From NCBI GenBank assembly GCA_964399135.1, contig CAYNPL010000008.1, positions 39,721-103,720 of the forward strand: a stretch of 64,000 bases of DNA, in the 5' to 3' direction. Source of the stretch: an uncultured Gaiellales bacterium (lineage in GTDB: Bacteria > Actinomycetota > Thermoleophilia > RBG-16-64-13). Numbering within the stretch: position 1 is the stretch's first letter; each line of letters starts with the position of its first letter. A model generated the notes under the pieces. It ran no database searches. It worked only from the letters and a program-made list of their open reading frames with translations, and was not told the origin of the DNA. Shown in pieces: positions 50,522-59,554 of the stretch. The position numbers and the translations under genes were made by a program.

Positions 50522-51781
50522 TCAGTAGAGCAGCCGCCGGGCCCCGACGTACGAGCTGTAGATGTAGTCGATCCGCACGCCTTTGCCGGTGCCGGCGGCG
50601 TGCACCATCTTGCCGTCGCCGATGTAGATAGCCACATGGCTGATGGGGCTGTAGAAGAAGAGCAGGTCCCCCTGGCGCAGGTTGCTGCGCGACACGGCCA
50701 CACCGTAGCCGTACTGCATCCGGCTGGAATGCGGCAGGTAGATGTCGAAATGGGCATAGACGTACTTGGTGAAGCCCGAGCAGTCGAAGCCGCTGGTGCT
50801 GTAGCCGCCCCATACGTACGGCGTCCCCAGGAACTTCAAGGCGTATTCCACCACATCGGCGCCGGTCACCCCGTTGTCGGGAGGCGGCGGATCGGAGGTG
50901 TCGTCTTCGGTCGTGGTGGTCGTGGTGCGTTTGACCGTGGTGTCGCTGCCGCCGGACTCGGTGGTGGTCGTCGTGCGTTTGACCGTGGTGCTGGTGGCGG
51001 CGCGGGCCCGGGCCGCCGCCTCTTCCCGCGCCTTGCGGGCCGCCTCCTCGGCCGCCTTCTTGGCCGCCGCGGCCAGAGCCGCCTGCCGGGCGGCCTCTTC
51101 GCGCTCGAGCTGGGCGATGAGGGCCTCCTTGCCCTCCAGAGCCTTCTCTTTGGCGGCCAGCCGCTCGGCCAGTTTCTGCTTGGCCGTTTCGGCGTCGGCC
51201 TTCAGTTGTTTCTCTTCCGCGATCTGGCGGTCCAATTCGGCCTTGCGCGCCTCGACCTCCTGCCGGTAGGCCGTGACCTCATCTATCAGGCGGGCGTCCT
51301 GCTCGCTCAGGCGCTCCATGAGCGACAGGCGGTTGATGACGTCGGAGAAGGACGCCGACCCCACCAGGGTGTCCAGCAGACCCAGATGGCCGGCCTTGTA
51401 GATCTCCACCACCCGGTCGCTCAGCCGGGCCTGGGCCTCCTCCAAGTCGGCTTCGGCCTTGATCAGTCTCTCCTGGTTCTTCTCGGCGGCGGCCAGCGTC
51501 TCCGCCAGCTTGGCTTTGGCATAGTTGTAGTCTTCGTTGGCCTCCTCCAGCGCGGCATCGAGCTCGTCGATGAGATCGCGAAGGGCTTCGGCCTCGGTCT
51601 TGGCCTTGGTGATGGCGGCGGGCTCGGCCAGCGCGGAGCGAGTGACCACAAGCGCCGCGCCCACGACCGCGAGGATGAGGATAAGAGGGATGAGACGACG
51701 CCCGATGCCGCCTGGCTTGCCGGTGTTGATCGGTGCCTCCCTGATCGATTTCCGGTCAGGAGCGGCCCAGCGGCCACTCAT
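50522..51781 (-). CDS. coiled-coil NlpC/P60 peptidoglycan endopeptidase (RipA/CwlO-like)
   Basis: N-terminal TM, long coiled coil, Thr-rich repeat, C-terminal NlpC/P60 with Cys-His context (GFDCSGF ... H). Confidence 0.8.
   Translation of the reverse strand: MSGRWAAPDRKSIREAPINTGKPGGIGRRLIPLILILAVVGAALVVTRSALAEPAAITKAKTEAEALRDLIDELDAALEEANEDYNYAKAKLAETLAAAEKNQERLIKAEADLEEAQARLSDRVVEIYKAGHLGLLDTLVGSASFSDVINRLSLMERLSEQDARLIDEVTAYRQEVEARKAELDRQIAEEKQLKADAETAKQKLAERLAAKEKALEGKEALIAQLEREEAARQAALAAAAKKAAEEAARKAREEAAARARAATSTTVKRTTTTTESGGSDTTVKRTTTTTTEDDTSDPPPPDNGVTGADVVEYALKFLGTPYVWGGYSTSGFDCSGFTKYVYAHFDIYLPHSSRMQYGYGVAVSRSNLRQGDLLFFYSPISHVAIYIGDGKMVHAAGTGKGVRIDYIYSSYVGARRLLY
50914..50990. repeat. 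imperfect tandem duplication (period about 47 nt) inside the NlpC/P60 gene, encoding a repeated TTVKRTTTTTE/D segment
   Basis: ggtggtcgtggtgcgtttgaccgtggtg at 50914 and ggtggtcgtcgtgcgtttgaccgtggtg at 50961. Confidence 0.6.
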
Positions 51782-51870
51782 GTGGAACTTCGCTCAACTA
51801 TACCATTCTCCTGGTCGATGGGCCACCGATGGCCGAGGGCCCTCGGGCCGGAGCGCGGTGGAGGTCGGGC

Positions 51871-52938
51871 TCAGACCCGCCCCAGATAGGCCTCGATGCC
51901 GTGGAGGATGGCCTGTGCCTCGCGCGCGATGACGGCGGGATCGGCCAAGGCCGGCCCCTCCACCGGATGGCTGAGAAACCCCGGCTCCACCATCACAGAC
52001 AGAGGCTTGACCTCCCGCAAGGCGGCGTAGTTACGCCCGTGCTTGTGCAGATCCACCCGTCCCAGTTCCCGGGCCAGAGCGTCGACGAGATAGCCGGCCA
52101 GCCGCCGTCCGCACAGGGATTCGTAGACGGGGTTGGCGAAGTAGAAAGCGGCCGCTCCCTCCGCCCGCGGGCTGGAATGCCAGGCATGGTGGACGCACAC
52201 GTGCAGGTCGGGTTCCCAGCTGTTGGCAGCCTCGATACGCTCGTACAGCGAAGGAGCCTGGCCTCCGTCGCGCAGCAGATACACCTCGACCCCGGCCTCC
52301 TCCAGTAGCCGCGCCAGTTCGAGGCCGAGCATCAGGTTGACGTCCTTCTCCAGGATGCCGTTGGGGCCGCTGTGGCCCTTGTCCCGGCCGCCGTGGGCGG
52401 GATCGATGCTGATCTTGAGTCCCGGCAGCTCCTGCCGGCCCACGTATCCGTTCATGCGGTCGGGGATGGTGCCGGCGCGACTCTCTTCCCCCGCCTTCTG
52501 CAGCCGGCGCAGCCGGTCGAGCGTGGTCTCGCCCACGATGCCGTCGACGATGAGGCCGGCGTTCCTCTGGAACTCGGTGACCGCGATCTCGAGGGAGGGG
52601 CCGAAGATGCCGTCCACCGGCCCGCAGTCGAAGCCCAACTCGTCCAGGCGGCGCTGCAAATAGAGGACGTCGTCGCCGCGCATGTAGGGAACGCGTAGGT
52701 AGAGCAGGCGATCGCCCGGCTGGTGACCGGCCTCGACCAGTTCGGTCCAGGTGTTCTCGTCGACGACCCCGTCGGCCAACAACAGACGGCGCTGCTGGAA
52801 GCTGCGGATCGCGTTCTGGGTGTGAGGGCCGAAGAGCCCGTCGGCCCCTTCGTTTCCCAGGAAGAAGTCGAGTGCAGCCAGACGGGTCTGGATGTCGACG
52901 ACCTGTTTGCCTCTGTCACCTATGCCTACCGGACGCAT
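51871..52938 (-). CDS. N-acetylmuramoyl-L-alanine amidase (Amidase_3) with two N-terminal PG_binding_1 domains. Start trimmed to MRPVGIGDRG.
   Basis: Two peptidoglycan-binding repeats (LFGPHTQNAIRSFQQRRLLLADGVVDENTW / IFGPSLEIAVTEFQRNAGLIVDGIVGETT) then an Amidase_3 catalytic domain. The upstream 344 codons of the ORF-track ORF are antisense to capA. Confidence 0.8.
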   Translation of the reverse strand: MRPVGIGDRGKQVVDIQTRLAALDFFLGNEGADGLFGPHTQNAIRSFQQRRLLLADGVVDENTWTELVEAGHQPGDRLLYLRVPYMRGDDVLYLQRRLDELGFDCGPVDGIFGPSLEIAVTEFQRNAGLIVDGIVGETTLDRLRRLQKAGEESRAGTIPDRMNGYVGRQELPGLKISIDPAHGGRDKGHSGPNGILEKDVNLMLGLELARLLEEAGVEVYLLRDGGQAPSLYERIEAANSWEPDLHVCVHHAWHSSPRAEGAAAFYFANPVYESLCGRRLAGYLVDALARELGRVDLHKHGRNYAALREVKPLSVMVEPGFLSHPVEGPALADPAVIAREAQAILHGIEAYLGRV

Positions 52939-52959
52939 CTGTCCATTATACTCATCACC
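52939..52959. promoter_or_regulatory. 21-nt divergent intergenic region with a shared -10 element (TATACT on plus / TATAAT on minus) serving two apparently leaderless genes
   Basis: Plus strand: TATACT-catcacc-ATG (capA). Minus strand: TATAAT-ggacag-ATG (amidase). The same ATTATA core at 52945..52950 is read on both strands. Confidence 0.35.
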
Positions 52960-54192
52960 ATGCCTCCCACTGCTATACCCACCAGGAAGCGCCGCGGCGA
53001 CCGGCGACGGATCTTCGTCGCCGTCACCATCTGGGTGGTCGCCCTCCTCTTGGCCGGTCTCTACTTCTCCAACGCCTTCGGACAGCAGGCGGCGTCCGCC
53101 CCTGAACCGGGACCGCCGTCCCCGACCACGGCCGCCTACACGACCGCCTCGACCACTCCGCCCGCTACCTCTCCGCCCTCGACGGCGCTGCCGCCCACCA
53201 CCACCACGACCGCAGCCCCCACCACTACCACCAGCGCGCCCCCGCCCGCCCTCACCGTAGCCGCCGGCGGAGACGTGCACGGGGACAGGAACGTGGGCAC
53301 CTACATCGACAAACACGGCGGCAAGGCCGCCCTGGCGAAAGTGAAGCCTTTCCTCGAGGACGCCCACGTGGCCTTCATCAACCTGGAAGGCCCCATCTCC
53401 GACAAGGGCTCTCCGGTGGACGGCAAGGAATACACCTTCGAGAGCCGGACGGCCCTCGCCGCCGGGCTGGCCGATGCCGGCATCGACGTGGTCAGCCTGG
53501 CCAACAATCACTCCCGAGACTACGGAGCCTCCGCCCTGCTCGACACCTTCGAGCGCCTGAAGGCGGTGGGCGTGAAGTGGGCGGGCGCCGGAGCCAACGC
53601 CGAGGCCGCGTATTCCCCGGCCATCCTGGACACCCCGGCTGGCACGGTGGCGATACTGGCTTTCTCCGCCATCACCACCTGGTACGGCGCCGGTTCGGAC
53701 AGCGCCGGCACCGCCACCACGACCAGCCATGAGCGGGTGCTGGCGGCCGTGAAGGCTGCCGCCAAGAAAGCCGACTACGTCGTCGTCAGCTTCCACTGGG
53801 GCACGGAGTACGAGGGCACCGCCGGCAGCGGGCAGCGCAGCCTGGCCCACAAGGTCATAGACGCCGGAGCCGACCTCATCCTGGGACATCACCCGCATGT
53901 GATCCAAGGCATGGAGATCTACAAGGACAAGCTCATCGCCTACAGCTTGGGCGACTTCGTCTTCGACCACTACAAGCGGGTAACCGGTGAGGCCTTCGTC
54001 CTGCAGGTGACGCTCGACAAGAGCGGGCCGCCGACAGCGGAGATCATCCCTGTCTATCTAAGCGACCCCTGGGGCATACCCGCGCCGGTCAAGGGCAGCG
54101 AGGCCAAGGTTATCCTCGACCGCTTGGCCAAGTACAGCTCGGCGCTGGGCCTGGAGCTCAAGCGCTCCGGCGACCACGCCTTCATCGAGTAA
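52960..54192 (+). CDS. CapA/PgsA-family metallophosphatase-like protein with N-terminal TM anchor and Thr/Pro-rich linker
   Basis: TM helix, T/P-rich spacer, then CapA (PGA_cap) blocks (AHVAFINLEGPIS, VSLANNHSRDYG, HWGTEY, GHHPHVIQG). Confidence 0.8.
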   Translation: MPPTAIPTRKRRGDRRRIFVAVTIWVVALLLAGLYFSNAFGQQAASAPEPGPPSPTTAAYTTASTTPPATSPPSTALPPTTTTTAAPTTTTSAPPPALTVAAGGDVHGDRNVGTYIDKHGGKAALAKVKPFLEDAHVAFINLEGPISDKGSPVDGKEYTFESRTALAAGLADAGIDVVSLANNHSRDYGASALLDTFERLKAVGVKWAGAGANAEAAYSPAILDTPAGTVAILAFSAITTWYGAGSDSAGTATTTSHERVLAAVKAAAKKADYVVVSFHWGTEYEGTAGSGQRSLAHKVIDAGADLILGHHPHVIQGMEIYKDKLIAYSLGDFVFDHYKRVTGEAFVLQVTLDKSGPPTAEIIPVYLSDPWGIPAPVKGSEAKVILDRLAKYSSALGLELKRSGDHAFIE

Positions 54193-54243
54193 CCCGGGCT
54201 TCCCAGGGTGCGGGCATCGCCGAGACCGGGCGCCCGCCCCCCC

Positions 54244-56532
54244 TCAGCAGCCCAGATCGCCGCCCTTCTTCTGCAGGTAGCGGCTGTAGGCGGCCATCTT
54301 GCCCAACACCCGCACCGCCCGCAGCGGCGACGGCAGCACGAAGGTGGAGTAGCGTCCGCCCACGGAGAAGATGGCCTGGCTCATCGGCTTGAAGGAGATG
54401 TTGGCGATGGGCTTGCAGTAGCGGTCCATGAGGACGCCCATCTGCTCGATGAAGGCGGTCTCCCGCTCGCTGAGCTCCGGCTCGGCCGGCTCCGGCCCGG
54501 CCGGCTCGCAGGCGGCCGGCCCCGCATAGGCGGAGGCGTCCACCAGCCCGCTCTTGAGCCGCTCGATCTCCGCGGTGGCCCGCCGGCTCTCGCTCATGGA
54601 TCCCACCAGTCCCATCACCAACACGGCGTCGACCCCCTCACACGCCGCCAGCCGCTCCACCACCGCCTCCGGCACGCCCGGAGTGACAGTCGCCACCAGG
54701 TCGACCGGGTTGGAACGGCTCCAGAAGGGCGGCAGGAGCCTGTCGAGATCAGCGATCACGTCTTCGGGCAGCGTCGCCAGCTCGAGGCCGCAGCGGGCTA
54801 TCTCGTCCGACACCAACACGCCCCAGCCCCCACCCAGGGTAGCCACGGCCACCCGCCGGCCCGGCGGCAGCGGCATGTAGGAGAGGGCGAAGGTGAGGTC
54901 CATGAACTCGTCGGGATCGGTGCACACGATCATGCCGGACTGGCGGGCGGCCGCTTCGAACACTGCCGTCGAGGAAGTGAGGGCGCCCGTGTGGGAAGCG
55001 GCCGCTTTCTTGCCGAAGTCGGTCATGCCCCCGCGCAGCACCACCACCGGCTTCTCCACCGTAGTCGCCTTGGCCACCTCCAGCAGGCGGCGGCCGTCGT
55101 CGAAGCCCTCCATGTAGGCGACGATGGTGGTGGTGAGGGGGTCTGTGCGCAGGTAGTTGATGAGGTCCACGGCGTCGATCATCGCCTCGTTGCCCACGCC
55201 GATGAACTTGCCCACGCCGCCCTTGCGCCGTTCGGCCGAGACCAGCAGCTGGGTGCCCAGGTTGCCGGACTGCGAGACCATGCTGGCTCCGCCCGGCTGC
55301 GGCCGCAGGAGCATGAAGCCGGTGGCGTAGAGGCGGTGATGAGAGGAGATGACGCCCATGCAGTTGGGTCCGACCAAGGCCATGCCGTAGGTCTCGGCCG
55401 CCCGCACCACCCGGTCTTCCAGAGCCCGGCCCTCCGGTCCCACCTCGGAGAACCCGGCGCTGACGACCACCGCCGCCCGCACTCCCTTGCGGCCGCACTC
55501 CTCGACCGCCTGCTCCACCAGGGGGGCCGGCACCGCCACGATGGCCAGGTCGGGGGCTTCCGGCAGCTCGGCCACGCTCTTGTGGGCGGGCAGCCCTAGA
55601 ATGGTCCCCCCCTTGGGGTTGACCAGGTAGAGTCGTCCGGGAAAGCCGCCCAGGCGCAGATTGGCCACCAGCATGCCCCCCCACTTGTTGGTGTCGGCCG
55701 AGGCCCCCACCACCACCACGCTGCGGGGCGCCACCAGATCATCCAGCCGGGAGATGTCGGCCGGAGCCCGGGTGGACACGCTCACCGGGTCGCCCACGGC
55801 GATGAGGGCGTCCACGGCCACCGGCTGGTCGCCGTCGACGAGGAGCGGGTTGACATCGATCTCGCGGATCTCCGGGTGATCGGCAGCCATCCGGGCCACG
55901 GCCTCGATAACGGCCACCAAAGCCCGGCGGTCCACGGCCGGGGCGCCCCGGAACGCGCCCAGCAGCACCTTGGCCTGGATCTGTTCGAGCAACTCCTCGA
56001 TATCGTCGTCGGTGAGGGGGGCGATGGCGAAGGCCACGTCCTTGAGGGCCTCCGTGTAGATGCCCCCCAGCCCGAACATCACCACCGGGCCGAACAGGTG
56101 GTCGTAGCTCAGCCCCACCACGAACTCCCGCCTGCCCTTGACCATATGCTCCACCAGAACGCCATCGAGCTTCACCCCGGCGGCCGCAGCCCGGGATTCC
56201 AGGGTGCGGTAGGCCTCGCGTGCCTCGGTCTGGTCCGATACGCCCAGGATCACCAGCCCGGCGTCGGTCTTGTGCTGGACCGAGGGCGCCGACCCTTTCA
56301 TCACCACCGGATAACCGATCTCACCCGCCACGCGCACGGCGTCGTCCGCTGTGGCGACGGTCGCCCCTTGGGGAACGGGGATGCCGTAGGCGGCGAAGAG
56401 CTGCTTGCCCGCCTCTTCGTCGAGCGCGGGGGCGCCTGCCTCAAGAGCCGCTTCGATCACGGCCCGTCCGGGTCGCCGGTCGTCGGACCGTTCATCACCG
56501 GGTCGTCCACCATTCTTCGCATCTTCGCTCAA
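54244..56532 (-). CDS. ADP-forming acetyl-CoA synthetase (NDP-forming acyl-CoA synthetase) family protein, ATP-grasp then CoA-binding/ligase-CoA domains. TTG start assumed.
   Basis: ATP-grasp segment (GYPVVMK...), then CoA-binding Rossmann (VVVVGASADTNKWGGML), then a succinyl-CoA-synthetase-alpha-like region with phospho-His context (SHTGA). Start is uncertain; the ORF-track ATG at 56613 would overlap the CDF gene. Confidence 0.7.
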   Translation of the reverse strand: MSEDAKNGGRPGDERSDDRRPGRAVIEAALEAGAPALDEEAGKQLFAAYGIPVPQGATVATADDAVRVAGEIGYPVVMKGSAPSVQHKTDAGLVILGVSDQTEAREAYRTLESRAAAAGVKLDGVLVEHMVKGRREFVVGLSYDHLFGPVVMFGLGGIYTEALKDVAFAIAPLTDDDIEELLEQIQAKVLLGAFRGAPAVDRRALVAVIEAVARMAADHPEIREIDVNPLLVDGDQPVAVDALIAVGDPVSVSTRAPADISRLDDLVAPRSVVVVGASADTNKWGGMLVANLRLGGFPGRLYLVNPKGGTILGLPAHKSVAELPEAPDLAIVAVPAPLVEQAVEECGRKGVRAAVVVSAGFSEVGPEGRALEDRVVRAAETYGMALVGPNCMGVISSHHRLYATGFMLLRPQPGGASMVSQSGNLGTQLLVSAERRKGGVGKFIGVGNEAMIDAVDLINYLRTDPLTTTIVAYMEGFDDGRRLLEVAKATTVEKPVVVLRGGMTDFGKKAAASHTGALTSSTAVFEAAARQSGMIVCTDPDEFMDLTFALSYMPLPPGRRVAVATLGGGWGVLVSDEIARCGLELATLPEDVIADLDRLLPPFWSRSNPVDLVATVTPGVPEAVVERLAACEGVDAVLVMGLVGSMSESRRATAEIERLKSGLVDASAYAGPAACEPAGPEPAEPELSERETAFIEQMGVLMDRYCKPIANISFKPMSQAIFSVGGRYSTFVLPSPLRAVRVLGKMAAYSRYLQKKGGDLGC

Positions 56533-57530
56533 GGCGACACATCCTTCCTGTGCCGGGCCTCCGGTTCTACGGAGCAGCCGCTCCGGCAGGTCGTGGGGCA
56601 GCCATAGTCGCACGGCTCGACATGGATGTAAACGCGTGAATCGGGCATGCGCTCCTTGAGGGCCACCACGATCCGGTCACCGAGATCGTGCGCCTCTTTG
56701 ACCGACATGCGGTCATCCACAACCAGGTGGAAGTCGATGAAACGGGTGGAGCCCGCCTTGCGCGTGCGCAGGTTATGGAAGCCCCTCACCTCCGGCCAGG
56801 TGCTCATGACGAACGCGGGGATCCACTCCACGTCCTCCTGAGGCAGGCTCACGTCGAGCAGGTCCCGGGCCGACTCCCGGGTGAGGTCGAAGGCAGCCTT
56901 GCTGATGAGGAGGGCCACCGCGATGGCGACGACCGAGTCGATCCACTGCAGGTCGACACCCGGCCAGAGGTAACCCCCCACCCAGATGACCAGCAACCCC
57001 ACCATGACCCCGACCGAGGTGTAGACATCGGTGCGCAGGTGCCAGCCGTCGGCCTGCAGCGCCACCGAGTCGGTGGCCCGGCCCACCTTGAAGAGGCGCC
57101 GCGACACGAACACGTTCACCAGCGCCGAGACACCCATGACCGCGACCCCCCATCCGGGCAGGTCGATCTCCTGCGGGTCGAGCAGCCTCCTCACCGCCTC
57201 GTAGATGATCCAGACTGCGGCCGCGAAGATCAGCAGGGCTTCGATGGTGCCGGAGATGTTCTCGAACTTGCCGTGACCGTAGGGATGGCGCTCATCGGCG
57301 GCCACGCTGGATTTGCGCACGGCGAAGAGGGCGATGAGGGCCGCCAGCAGATCGACCCCGGAATGGATGGCCTCCGAGATGACCGCCACCGAGCCGATGA
57401 GCATGCCCACGGTGACCTTGACGAGGATGAGCGCCGTGTTGGAGCCCACGGAGAGTAGAGCGACCCGGGTCTTGGCCCGCCCCTGGGCAACCGCGCTCGC
57501 GCCAAGAGCGCTCGTGGTGGAGTAGGACAC
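56529..57530 (-). CDS. cation diffusion facilitator (CDF) family divalent-metal exporter. Start uncertain (GTG at 57530 or 57602).
   Basis: Six TM helices with metal-binding HxxxD/HxxxD-like sites (ISEAIHSGVDLLAAL, LRTDVYTSVGV), C-terminal cytoplasmic domain. The first 90 to 113 codons of the ORF-track ORF are shadow. Confidence 0.75.
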   Translation of the reverse strand: MSYSTTSALGASAVAQGRAKTRVALLSVGSNTALILVKVTVGMLIGSVAVISEAIHSGVDLLAALIALFAVRKSSVAADERHPYGHGKFENISGTIEALLIFAAAVWIIYEAVRRLLDPQEIDLPGWGVAVMGVSALVNVFVSRRLFKVGRATDSVALQADGWHLRTDVYTSVGVMVGLLVIWVGGYLWPGVDLQWIDSVVAIAVALLISKAAFDLTRESARDLLDVSLPQEDVEWIPAFVMSTWPEVRGFHNLRTRKAGSTRFIDFHLVVDDRMSVKEAHDLGDRIVVALKERMPDSRVYIHVEPCDYGCPTTCRSGCSVEPEARHRKDVSP

Positions 57531-57805
57531 AGTCTCCTCTGCCGGCGGGGCCACCCCGGCCCCCGCCTCGTCGCTGCTGTCACCTACATCGACCACCGCC
57601 ACCCCCAGACACAAGGAAGCTCTACGGAGCGTTACGCGTCCCGCAGAGCTCTCGCGTCTGCTGCTCGGCCAGCGAAGCCCGGCTACACCCTGGGCGACCA
57701 ACGGCGAGGCCGGTCGAGGGCTGCCTGTTCGCCGGGAAGTATAGGGCCGGGCGGCGCCGTGGGCAAGACGCGCAGAGACGCTGAGGGCAAGAGTCTGCCG
57801 CGCTC

Positions 57806-58549
57806 CTAGTGGACAAGATGCCCGTAGACGATGGTGTTGGAAAGATAGTGCCCCGTCCGCTTGTCCCACTTGCCGCCGCAGGTGATCAGGCGGATGACCG
57901 CTTGTGAGGTCCGCACCCAGATGCGCTCCGTGGGGAGTTGGGTCTTGAGGACGGTCTCTTGGGAGTCGACCACGAACGTGGCCACGTCGCCGCTCTCGCC
58001 GTAGACGAGGATCTCATCCCCCGCCCGCAACTTGCGCAGGTGGTAGAAGATGTCCGGCCGCTTGGGGCTGTCCACATGGCCGACGATGACAGCCGGGCCG
58101 GGGGCTCCGGGGGCAGGCCCCACTCGGAACCAGGCGGCCAACCCGAACGGGGGCAGTTCCATGGAGCCGTCCTCAGCGACTCCCACCTCCACCAGGAGGG
58201 CGTCCACGTCGATGGCCGGGATGACGACGCGTACCGGGTCGGGAATGGGGTGCGCGGGCGGCAGAACGGTGGGAACCGGCGTGGCCCCTCCCGGCTGGGT
58301 TCTACCCCCTCCCAGGTCGACTGCGCCACCCGCACTGGAAGCGGCCGGGGCAAGGGTGAGGGGCGCCGAGCCGGGCCCCGAAAGCGCAACCCCCGCGTGC
58401 AGCAGAGCCTGAGCCACCGCAAGGCACGACACCACCACCGCGATGAGGAACAGCCCCAGCACCCAGCGGGGCGCCCCTCCCCTGCGGCCGCTGCCTCCGG
58501 CCCAACTTCCCAGCGCGCGCCCCACAGCGCGGACCGACCGCACCCACAC
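57806..58549 (-). CDS. class E/F-type sortase (transpeptidase)
   Basis: N-terminal TM, Pro/Thr linker, catalytic TLITCGG (TLxTC) and conserved His/Arg context. Confidence 0.8.
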   Translation of the reverse strand: MWVRSVRAVGRALGSWAGGSGRRGGAPRWVLGLFLIAVVVSCLAVAQALLHAGVALSGPGSAPLTLAPAASSAGGAVDLGGGRTQPGGATPVPTVLPPAHPIPDPVRVVIPAIDVDALLVEVGVAEDGSMELPPFGLAAWFRVGPAPGAPGPAVIVGHVDSPKRPDIFYHLRKLRAGDEILVYGESGDVATFVVDSQETVLKTQLPTERIWVRTSQAVIRLITCGGKWDKRTGHYLSNTIVYGHLVH

Positions 58550-58657
58550 CCTCCTCTTGAAACGAGCGCCGCGGACCTTGCGGTCCGCGGCGCCCTCTCT
58601 TGCCTCTCTCGTGACGCCCCTCGTCTCAGGGGCGCCCTGTGTTTGATCTCTCAGATG

Positions 58658-59284
58658 CTACTTCTTCTTCAGAGCCGGCCGCAGAGCGGTCCAACCCAGG
58701 CCACCCGCCAGAGCCAGAGCCAGGAAGCCGAGCGCCCAGGTGCCCGCGCCAAGGCCGGTCGAGCCGCCCGCACCGGTCTGGATCTCGCTGACTGTGGTCT
58801 GACCAGCGGTGGTGGTGGAGCTCTCCTCCTGCGTGGTCGTGCTGGTGGTGGAGCTCTCCTCCTCGAGGGTAGTGGTGGTGGTCTCCTCTTCGAAGCAGAA
58901 GGTGATGTGGCTGATCTCGGGGTGCTTGCCGCTCGCGTTCACCGGCGCGTTCAGCCCGGTACCACCTGTCCCTCCACCGTAGTTGTTCTCACCGGTGGCA
59001 CCCTTGACAGCGACCGACGAGGGCTTGGGTCCAGAAACCCACGACCAGTCTACGGCCCAGTTCTCATCACCAGTGTCGTAGATCTCGACGTTGATGACCG
59101 AATCGCCGAGCATGTAGTCGCGATCGCTGGGGTGGTCGGACTCGCCCAGGTTGTCGATCTTCCAGCAGCCGTCTTTGGTTTCCTTGATGTCGTACGCCAG
59201 TGCGACGCCGGTGATGCCCAGCACCAACAGCACCGCGATGGCCAGCACCAACGCGACCGACTTCGTTTCTCTCGACCTCTTCAT
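58658..59284 (-). CDS. secreted Thr/Ser-rich protein with C-terminal sorting-signal-like hydrophobic tail and KKK anchor (candidate sortase substrate)
   Basis: Signal peptide (VALVLAIAVLLVLGITGVALA), about 110-aa globular region, T/S/E-rich stalk, then EIQTGAGG...WALGFLALALAGGLGW...KKK. AAGGAGG RBS. Confidence 0.6.
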   Translation of the reverse strand: MKRSRETKSVALVLAIAVLLVLGITGVALAYDIKETKDGCWKIDNLGESDHPSDRDYMLGDSVINVEIYDTGDENWAVDWSWVSGPKPSSVAVKGATGENNYGGGTGGTGLNAPVNASGKHPEISHITFCFEEETTTTTLEEESSTTSTTTQEESSTTTAGQTTVSEIQTGAGGSTGLGAGTWALGFLALALAGGLGWTALRPALKKK

Positions 59285-59470
59285 GTGCCCTCCTTAGTAA
59301 GACCGAAAGCCCTATACCCACACTACGTACTGCTTTCGGGTCGGTCTCACCACTTGCTCGCTCGGAGGACGGGGGTATTTCACCCCGGGCGACCGTTCTC
59401 GCCCTTCGAGGTCATCGCATCCCGCTCGCCGGTGACGGTCCCCTGGGGGACTCACACCGCCGATGAACCC

Positions 59471-59498
59471 ATTGTAACCCCATTTTCAGAAAAGTAAA
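59471..59498 (-). promoter_or_regulatory. sigma-70-like promoter TTTACT-N16-TACAAT in an A+T-richer stretch, about 190 nt upstream of the surface-protein ATG
   Basis: Minus strand reads tttact-tttctgaaaatggggt-tacaat. It is followed by a long GC-rich 5' leader containing an imperfect hairpin (AGACCGA...TCGGTCT) abutting the RBS. Confidence 0.4.
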
Positions 59499-59554
59499 CC
59501 TCTTCCAAGACGAAAACTTTTGCTTCTTGAGGCAATCGGCCCGGCCGAGGAAGA

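Noticed and set aside
54193-54243. Bidirectional intrinsic terminator between convergent capA and the ACD gene (GCGGGC...GCCCGC)
   Set aside because: Stem is short with a long loop and no U-tract on either strand. Too weak to call as a feature.
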